Shown here one piece after another: positions 57,198 through 64,000 of a stretch of DNA of 64,000 nt. Location of the stretch: the NCBI GenBank assembly GCA_965279515.1, contig CBDIID010000003.1:736001-800000 (forward strand), in the 5' to 3' direction. Made by a program: the position numbers and the translations under genes. Under the pieces are notes generated by a model. The model was not told the DNA's origin. It did not search any database and saw only the letters and a program-made list of their open reading frames with translations. The DNA is from Turneriella sp. GTDB lineage: Bacteria; Spirochaetota; Leptospiria; Turneriellales; Turneriellaceae. Position 1 is the stretch's first letter, and every line of letters starts with the position of its first letter.

Positions 57198-57995
57198 ATG
57201 CGTGTCGCCGTCATACAGATGAATTCCCAGAGTGACACGGGGCATAATTTTGAATCGGCAGAAATGCTGCTGACGGGGGCCGCGAAACAGGGAGCCGAAT
57301 ACGCGCTGTTGCCAGAAAACTTTGCCTTCTTTGGCGGCGAGCAGGAAAAAATCGCCAAGAGCGCCGAGATCGGCTCAGCCGTCACTGCGTTTCTCGCCAA
57401 AACCGCACAAAAACTCAAGATGACGATCACGGGGGGCGGCTTCCCCGTGCCCGCAGAATCAGGTAAAGTCTATAATATCGCGGTGACTTTCTCACCCGAG
57501 GGCAAAGAAATACACCGCTACGACAAGCTGCACCTCTTTGACGTTTCACCCGGCGACAATGTCAGCTACCAGGAATCGCGTTCGACAAAATCGGGCGAGC
57601 TCAAACTTTCGCTTTTAGAATTGCCCCCTTTCCGCTTCGGCATGACGGTGTGTTACGATGTGCGCTTCCCTACCCTGTACCGCGAATACGCGCGCATGGG
57701 CGCCAACGTGCTCTGCGTGCCCGCTGCTTTCACCAAGCTCACAGGCGCGGCCCACTGGCATTCGCTGTTGCGCGCACGCGCCATTGAAAACACCAGCTAC
57801 GTGCTGGCCGCAGCGCAAAGCGGTACTCACTTTGGTGGCCGGGAAACTTTTGGGCACAGTCTTATCATCGATCCGTGGGGTGAAATCATCGCGGAGTTAC
57901 CGGAGCGCCCGGGCTTTGTCACGGCAGAAATTGATTTTGCCCGCGTCGCAGATGTGCGTACGCGCATGCCGTCTTTAACACACGATAAAATCTAG
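57198..57995 (+). CDS. Carbon-nitrogen hydrolase (Nit1/deaminated glutathione amidase-like)
   Basis: LLPEN, YDKLHLFDV, VCYDVRFP, PAAFT..TG.AHW, RARAIEN, IIDPWG; start at MRVAVIQ. Confidence 0.93.
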   Translation: MRVAVIQMNSQSDTGHNFESAEMLLTGAAKQGAEYALLPENFAFFGGEQEKIAKSAEIGSAVTAFLAKTAQKLKMTITGGGFPVPAESGKVYNIAVTFSPEGKEIHRYDKLHLFDVSPGDNVSYQESRSTKSGELKLSLLELPPFRFGMTVCYDVRFPTLYREYARMGANVLCVPAAFTKLTGAAHWHSLLRARAIENTSYVLAAAQSGTHFGGRETFGHSLIIDPWGEIIAELPERPGFVTAEIDFARVADVRTRMPSLTHDKI

Positions 57996-58000
57996 GCGGC

Positions 58001-59479
58001 CTAAGGCGCCAGAAATTCGCGCATTTCCGCTTTGAGCGGAAAATGCCAGTGCAACTTGCGTTCTTCGAGCGGCGCCGTTGCCAAAGCCGGCTCTTCAGCA
58101 GGCAAGGACTGGAGTTGAGCTGATCCGGACGCGTCAAAAATTCCCGCGAGGTTATCGACAATTTGGGCTGAGTGCGTTATGTTTGTCGAGATATCGTGGT
58201 TGAAGACGACAAAATAGGCGGGGCCGGCGACGATCGTGAGTCCCGCGCCGTTCCCCGAATTAAAATTGGTGTCTGTATATGTGCCATTGATTTTCATCAG
58301 CTTCGGTGCATAGCTCTGCAATGCACCGGAAATCTGCGAGCTACTCGCTGCATATGAACCCGCGATCAGGCTATTCGTCAGTTCCTGTGAATAGGATGTC
58401 GTCGCTGGCCGCAGCGCATAGCTGTAGTTTGATCCCGCTCCCAGAGTAAATGCGGTGGCATTGCTGTTAAACCGTATTTTGGCGGTTGTCGGCTGATCAC
58501 CGATACTGCCGCTCAGGAGCGCAGCCCACATATAACGGTAGCTGCAGGAAAAATGCTGGTAGGTAATACCCGATGTCTCATTACAAAGCGTCATGCCCGT
58601 CAAACCGCTGTCGACAGACTGCAGCGCCAGATTGACCCCCGCCGCGCCCGTCTGGTTATTTTTGAAAACCGCCGCAATGCCGCCGAGCCCGTAGACATCC
58701 GCTAGGTAACGAAAATAGACATATGAGGTAGCATAATTATCGAGCAGAAACGAATTCGTTTCTTTGACGAGCGATGTGTTATTGAGGAGAGCGCTGCGGA
58801 AGTTATTCGCCCGGCCCGTCTGCGGCCCGAAACCGGTCAGGTCTGAGCTGACTTCGGCGAGCCCCTCATCGACCCAGGCAGGTTCGACGTCGCCCTGTTC
58901 GCCGCGGTAATATTTCCCGAACTGCAGCAGGTGCTGGTATTCATGCGCGAGCGTCGCATAGAACTGCGTCAGCGTATTCTTGCGGAGTGCATCATCGAGG
59001 CCCGGGTAAGTATCGAGATAAAGCATCTCTGCATGGTTACTGTGGTATTTGCTGTTAGCCGCGCTCACCGCGGCCTCGCTGTAATGGTTGATCGGATCAA
59101 AATAGCCGGCGATATAGCCGCCCCCGGTCTTATAGCCATCCTGGATGTCGAGCAGCAGCAGGATAACCTTGCCGTTGCCGTCGACATCGGTCGGGGTTGT
59201 ATACCAGAGATGTTCCACTGGCACGATATTGTTCTCAAATGCTGACAAGAGACCGTCTATGGCCGACTTCGGCACATCTCTCTTCGCTTCGGTATAGATT
59301 TCGGCGTTTTTAGATGAGGCGGAAAACATCGCGGTGGCCCTGTAAAATGTAGAATCGCCCGAAGTCAGGTCGCTGCGGCGCGCCCAAAAACCTTTTCCGC
59401 CGGGGGGATCATAAAGTGCATCGCTGCCGACGCAATGCAACGTCAAAGCAGTAAGGGCTACAGAGAAAAACAGCCGCAT
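58001..59479 (-). CDS. Zinc metallopeptidase lipoprotein (M30/hyicolysin-like)
   Basis: Lipobox TLHC, DVDGNGKVILLLLDI, IAGYFDP, EMLYLD, TLAHEYQHL, WVDEGLAE. Confidence 0.82.
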   Translation of the reverse strand: MRLFFSVALTALTLHCVGSDALYDPPGGKGFWARRSDLTSGDSTFYRATAMFSASSKNAEIYTEAKRDVPKSAIDGLLSAFENNIVPVEHLWYTTPTDVDGNGKVILLLLDIQDGYKTGGGYIAGYFDPINHYSEAAVSAANSKYHSNHAEMLYLDTYPGLDDALRKNTLTQFYATLAHEYQHLLQFGKYYRGEQGDVEPAWVDEGLAEVSSDLTGFGPQTGRANNFRSALLNNTSLVKETNSFLLDNYATSYVYFRYLADVYGLGGIAAVFKNNQTGAAGVNLALQSVDSGLTGMTLCNETSGITYQHFSCSYRYMWAALLSGSIGDQPTTAKIRFNSNATAFTLGAGSNYSYALRPATTSYSQELTNSLIAGSYAASSSQISGALQSYAPKLMKINGTYTDTNFNSGNGAGLTIVAGPAYFVVFNHDISTNITHSAQIVDNLAGIFDASGSAQLQSLPAEEPALATAPLEERKLHWHFPLKAEMREFLAP

Positions 59480-59672
59480 CCCGCGGAGTGCCCGATAAAG
59501 CCGGGTTGTCAATCTAAAATAAATGAACATGAATAGTTTCCAGAGTCCGTTTGTTCTACGATTGAACACGCGAAATAGCAGCGTTTTCGTAATTTTCTCG
59601 ACGCCTCAGGTACCCCTGTTCAGTGCTGCGCGAGCTAGATAGCAATAACCTTTTATTTAAGGAGAGCTTTTC

Positions 59673-62600
59673 GTGACCGAACTTTCGCGACGGAGCCTTT
59701 CTCTTTCTAAGTTTTGCGATTTTGCGCGCATTCTGTGCGTGGCGGGGATTGTCATCCCTGCTCTCCATTGCTCTAAACTCAAAACCGACACAAATTGCCT
59801 GAATCCTGCCTCGAGTTGTTTTGTCGCCGACGTCACACGACCGCAAGTGAGATCGCAATCGCCGATGGGAACGGTAAGCAAACTCGATTCCCTGACTGTA
59901 ACCTTTTCAGAAGAATTAAAAAATATCACAGATACCACCGTGTGGGAAATTTCCGGTGACGGTAAAGGCCAGCTGCACCTGAAGGATATCCAGCGCGTTG
60001 AAGGTACCTACACTTACGTGCTCAACTTCGACAATCCTTACGTGAGTAATGGTTCAATTATTTTTACTCCCAAAACGACGGATTACAATGGTAACACCTT
60101 GTCTTCAGCGCCACCGGGCCTGACCGGCAGCACCGTGATTGGCATCACTTTTTCAAACGTGACGCATGATTTTATCACGCAGGCCGGCGGCTTCACTTCC
60201 ACAACGGTAGACTTTGTGCACGACCTGCCCGTCGATCCGCAGGATGCCACATCGACGCAGAATAGCTGGATAGCGTATTTAAATTCCGCAGATTGCAGCG
60301 GCACACCAGTCGCCCAAGGCACCGGTAATGTTGCGGGCGGTGTGGTGCAGCAGATCACCGTAGATACGTCCGCGGGCGCCGATGCCACGCCCAACAACCA
60401 GATCGTTTCTCTGAATACCATCGGGGCAAATCTCATCCGCATCTGTTATTCGAACCCGGCGAAGAACCGTTACGGCAGCGCCGCAATCAGCATCACGCGC
60501 GACGACTCGGCGCCGTATGCATGGGCAAGTCCCGCAGGCGGCGCATTCGGCACGCCCGGCACGATCTCGCTGTTCTGCGACGACAATTGCCTGCGCATTG
60601 CTTATACGACGGACGGATCGCCCCCTGCAATGGATATGGCGGGGGCGATAACCAATGGAAACGCTTACACCGCGACAATTGCGATGCCGTACATCAGCGA
60701 CCCGACGAATACGACGTTGCAATTTCTTGCCGCAGATAAGGCGGGTAAACTAACCTCGATCACGACGCATAATTTTACGGTCGATACCCGCATTCCGCAG
60801 ATTACCGTGACTGCGAACCCGTACACATATCTGACCGACGGCACAGGAGTGACCGCAAGCCCTGTAAATACCCTGCATACATCGTCGACCGTGCTGTGGC
60901 AGACGAATATTCCCGCGCGCTCCGAATTCCGCATTGCCGCAAATTGCGGCGGTGCAACGTGGGGTGCGGCTCCCGGAACCAGTAACAGTTCTGCGATCCT
61001 CGTAACCGCGCCGCTGGCGGTTGGGGCAAATCCGGTAACGCTCTGTGCGCGCGAATCGGCGACCAATACACATATCGGTTCAAACACGCTGACATTTTTC
61101 CGCGATGATACCAACCCCGTCTTCGGCGGATTACTCTCCGTGTCGAATACGGCAAGCGGGCAAGCCCTGCTCAGTTGGATCGCAGCGACGGATGCTTCAC
61201 CAGTAGAGTATATTATCTGCCAGACGACGACGCCTACGGGATGCGATAACGGGGCTTTCACCGCAACGTATGGCGGCGATGGTTCGATTACCGGTACAAG
61301 TTATACCATCTCCGGGCTCAATGTCAATCAAACCTACTACTTCGCCGTGCAGGCGCGCGATGCCACAGGCCGCGCGACGTATGGCGGACCGACACTGCAA
61401 TGGACATCTCCGCTGCTTAAGATTCAGCTGACGGGACTTCCCGGCGCCGGAAATTTGAATATCTCCCGCACGGGCAGCTCAAGCTCCGATTCGCTGAGCT
61501 TAACAGCAAACGGAACCTACGCGTTTCCCACCCCGCTCTTCATCGGCGATGTCTACAACCTCCAGATCACTTCCCTGATCCCCACAACAGGTTCCGTGTG
61601 TTCCATTGGGGCGGCGGCATACGGTCAGATCGCCAGCATGACGACGATCATCCCGGTAAACTGCGCGCCGGGTTATATGGTGGGGGGACTTTTCCGCGCC
61701 TTGCCGGCCGCGACGCTGAAATATCTCCCGTTCCAGGGTAAGGTAACGGCTTTCGCGGGTTCCGGAGCCGCGGGCTTCGCAAATGCAACACCCGCAACCA
61801 GCGGAACACTGAACGGCCCCGATCACCTCGTCAGCGACGGTACGAATCTTTTTATCAGCGATGTCAATAACCGGGCGATTCGAAAAATCGTACTTGCTTC
61901 AAACGCACTTTCGACCCACATTCAGGCGACCGGTGTCTGCACTGCCGATGCCCTCGCGACACAGGGGTTTATCCAACCTATGGCGATGGCGACAGATGGT
62001 ACAAGCCTCTTTATCGCCGATCATCAGGCACATATTATTCTGCGTGTACCCGTTGCCGGCGGCACTCTGACCCGCGTGGCCGGTACCGGCGCGGGATGCA
62101 GTTCGGTGAGCGGCGGTTCTTCGAACGACAATGATAATCCGCTGAACGCGACGTTTAACGGCATCCATGGTTTGGTATTCCATAACGGCTATCTCTATAT
62201 CTCCGAATATTACGGGCAAAAAATCCGGCGTCTGAATCTCACCACGGGGCAGGTTTCCACGGTATTAGCCGGCATGGTTGTCGGCGACATCGCAGTCATC
62301 GGCAACTATCTTTATTTCGCGAATACACCAAACAACCAGATTCGACGGCTCGATCTTTCATCGCTACAGCTCGACGGCGGCTTTAGCATCGGTTCAGGCA
62401 CAGTGGGATTCAGGGACGGTGCGCTCGCGTCAGCGCAGCTGAATAATCCGTTGTCGCTCGTCACCGACGGCCGGGATCTCTACTTCAGCGAATACCACAC
62501 AGGTACGGGCGGCCGCCGCGTGCGCCGCGCCGATCTCGTGCGCAACACGGTCAGCCTCGTTGCTGGCCCGGCATTCGAACTTGCGTCCGCCCCCGGCGCA

Positions 62601-64000
62601 CTCGTGGCGCAACCCGGTGCGCGCGCACGTTTCCGCAGGGCGCGTGGCCTTGCCATGGACGGCCGCAATCTCTACCTGGCAGATGCCGATGCCAACCAGG
62701 TAGTACGCATCTCAGACAACGCTCTTCACGGGCTGTGGCTGGTGAACCCCGGGGTCAATCCCTATGACTACAACAGCGACGGGGGCGCGGTGCGCCATGG
62801 CTCAGGCGTCGGCGGTTTCCTGGGTACAACCACGGATCGCTTTGCTGTCGCGGGCGGGGCATCGACCTTCAATGGCAGCAGCCAGTACTTTACCGCCGGC
62901 TCGGGTGGAGTGCCCGTCGATATGGACGCCGCCCTGACCCTCTCGGCCTGGATCAAAGTCACCGATCTCACAGCAGAGCATGCCATCATGGGAACCGGGA
63001 GTTTTAGATTCCGCTGGAATGTCGCTACTGACGGCAGCATCTATTTTCAGAATTGGTACGGCGGCGGCGCCAGCTCAAACCATCTCGTTTCCTCATCGCC
63101 GCGCCTGATCACCGCCGGCACCTGGGCACACGTCGCATACACGTACCGGCCGAACTCGCCTTCTCCCGGCGGCAGAATTTTCTTTAACGGCCATGAAGTC
63201 ACACAGGGTTCGACGAACACCGGCAACACATCCGATGCTGTTAACGTACCCCTGACGATCGCGTATTCGACAGCATCGGCTATCCAGACCTATCTCAAGG
63301 GTTCGGTTACCGACGTGCGTATCTACAACCGGGAACTGAACGGCGCAGAAATCAACGAACTCGCCCAGGACGCATCCGCCGCACAGGTTGCGGCATCCTA
63401 TAACAGCGGAGCGACAGGATTACTTGCTCACCACGATTTTATAAACTCAGGTCTGTCAGACACAGCGGCGCTTGGCCTCACCCTGACAAATACGGGATCA
63501 TCCGGCACGGTGATTGGCAAAGACAGCGACCCTGGAGGTGCGTTCTATTTTACCAGCACCAGCCAATACCTGCAAAACGCGGCAGCAGATGGCCTGCCGC
63601 TGGAGAGCCATCCGCGAACGATGTGCGCATGGATCAGGCCACATGCGCAACCGGCCCCCGGGTTTCGCTATCCGATTATCAGCTATGGTTCTGCCTCCAC
63701 TGCCGGCAACGCCTCAGAACTCGTTTATTATGACAATACGACAGGAGATTACCGGCTTTCGCTGACGAAAATCGGCAGCTCCGTGGATGCGTTGGTAAAA
63801 CTGCCGATCAACACGTGGTCGCATGCCTGTGTCAGTAACGACGGAGCAAACACCGTTATTTACTGGAACGGTATCGCTCAGCCGGCGATAACAGGTTCGG
63901 CACAGACGCTCACTACAACCGCAGGGCCGCTCTACATCGGTAAGCGTGTAAAATCGGGCGCGCCTGACAGTACCTATTTTTTCAACGGCGCTATCGACGA
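59673..64000 (+). CDS. Large multidomain surface lipoprotein (Ig-like, chitobiase-C, FN3, NHL repeats, at least 2 LamG domains); 3' truncated
   Basis: SD AAGGAG before GTG 59673. Translated by hand with no stop to 64000. Lipobox ALHC; TVTFSEEL, IAYTTDGSPP, LSWIAATD..GL....TYYFAVQA, SDGTNLFISD (NHL), LTLSAWIK, DVRIYNREL. Confidence 0.9.
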   Translation, partial: MTELSRRSLSLSKFCDFARILCVAGIVIPALHCSKLKTDTNCLNPASSCFVADVTRPQVRSQSPMGTVSKLDSLTVTFSEELKNITDTTVWEISGDGKGQLHLKDIQRVEGTYTYVLNFDNPYVSNGSIIFTPKTTDYNGNTLSSAPPGLTGSTVIGITFSNVTHDFITQAGGFTSTTVDFVHDLPVDPQDATSTQNSWIAYLNSADCSGTPVAQGTGNVAGGVVQQITVDTSAGADATPNNQIVSLNTIGANLIRICYSNPAKNRYGSAAISITRDDSAPYAWASPAGGAFGTPGTISLFCDDNCLRIAYTTDGSPPAMDMAGAITNGNAYTATIAMPYISDPTNTTLQFLAADKAGKLTSITTHNFTVDTRIPQITVTANPYTYLTDGTGVTASPVNTLHTSSTVLWQTNIPARSEFRIAANCGGATWGAAPGTSNSSAILVTAPLAVGANPVTLCARESATNTHIGSNTLTFFRDDTNPVFGGLLSVSNTASGQALLSWIAATDASPVEYIICQTTTPTGCDNGAFTATYGGDGSITGTSYTISGLNVNQTYYFAVQARDATGRATYGGPTLQWTSPLLKIQLTGLPGAGNLNISRTGSSSSDSLSLTANGTYAFPTPLFIGDVYNLQITSLIPTTGSVCSIGAAAYGQIASMTTIIPVNCAPGYMVGGLFRALPAATLKYLPFQGKVTAFAGSGAAGFANATPATSGTLNGPDHLVSDGTNLFISDVNNRAIRKIVLASNALSTHIQATGVCTADALATQGFIQPMAMATDGTSLFIADHQAHIILRVPVAGGTLTRVAGTGAGCSSVSGGSSNDNDNPLNATFNGIHGLVFHNGYLYISEYYGQKIRRLNLTTGQVSTVLAGMVVGDIAVIGNYLYFANTPNNQIRRLDLSSLQLDGGFSIGSGTVGFRDGALASAQLNNPLSLVTDGRDLYFSEYHTGTGGRRVRRADLVRNTVSLVAGPAFELASAPGALVAQPGARARFRRARGLAMDGRNLYLADADANQVVRISDNALHGLWLVNPGVNPYDYNSDGGAVRHGSGVGGFLGTTTDRFAVAGGASTFNGSSQYFTAGSGGVPVDMDAALTLSAWIKVTDLTAEHAIMGTGSFRFRWNVATDGSIYFQNWYGGGASSNHLVSSSPRLITAGTWAHVAYTYRPNSPSPGGRIFFNGHEVTQGSTNTGNTSDAVNVPLTIAYSTASAIQTYLKGSVTDVRIYNRELNGAEINELAQDASAAQVAASYNSGATGLLAHHDFINSGLSDTAALGLTLTNTGSSGTVIGKDSDPGGAFYFTSTSQYLQNAAADGLPLESHPRTMCAWIRPHAQPAPGFRYPIISYGSASTAGNASELVYYDNTTGDYRLSLTKIGSSVDALVKLPINTWSHACVSNDGANTVIYWNGIAQPAITGSAQTLTTTAGPLYIGKRVKSGAPDSTYFFNGAID

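Noticed and set aside
59480..59672. c-di-GMP riboswitch (AGCCGGGTTGTC resembles the 3' end of class I)
   Set aside because: The upstream GGCAAA/GAAA/CGCAAAGC elements are absent, and the motif overlaps the TTGACA promoter of the peptidase.
59556..63765. Many short ORFs listed in the track at the right end
   Set aside because: All are explained as alternative frames of the single large plus-strand gene starting at 59673.

Overview
Mostly ordinary chromosomal DNA from a spirochaete of the Leptospiraceae (Turneriella-like). This is inferred from the LipL45-like and LipL71/LruA-like lipoproteins, the lruA-STAS synteny and the moderately high GC. The window holds about 50 genes: an alpha-2-macroglobulin/PBP1C pair, a PAS-GGDEF-EAL enzyme, rmuC, pabBC, a Phd-RelE/ParE toxin-antitoxin pair, an NTT-HEAT-cNMP transporter, a TPR/LolB-like cluster, bfd, trhO, a methylcitrate-type synthase, an Omp85/glycosyltransferase/CapA cluster, clpB, rho, ctpA, lolA-rodZ-rimO-priA, a beta-helix plus diheme cytochrome pair, rpsF-ssb-rpsR-rplI and an M30-like peptidase. 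It also holds a surface lipoprotein of more than 1440 aa that the ORF track misses because it runs off the right edge. I saw no rRNA, tRNA, CRISPR array, transposase or prophage. The best hidden signals are non-coding or translational: a ~150 bp multi-branched structured element between capA and clpB; two dispersed repeat families; a CIRCE at clpB, a Fur-like box at bfd and a sigma54 promoter at the c-di-GMP gene; two genes that appear to need non-canonical starts (ATA, CTG); and an internal SD+ATG that could release a free cNMP-binding protein from the NTT fusion. I cannot establish a confidently novel multi-gene system. The NTT-HEAT-cNMP/DUF481 module and the structured element are the best candidates. 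All calls come from reading motifs by eye; no database searches were run.
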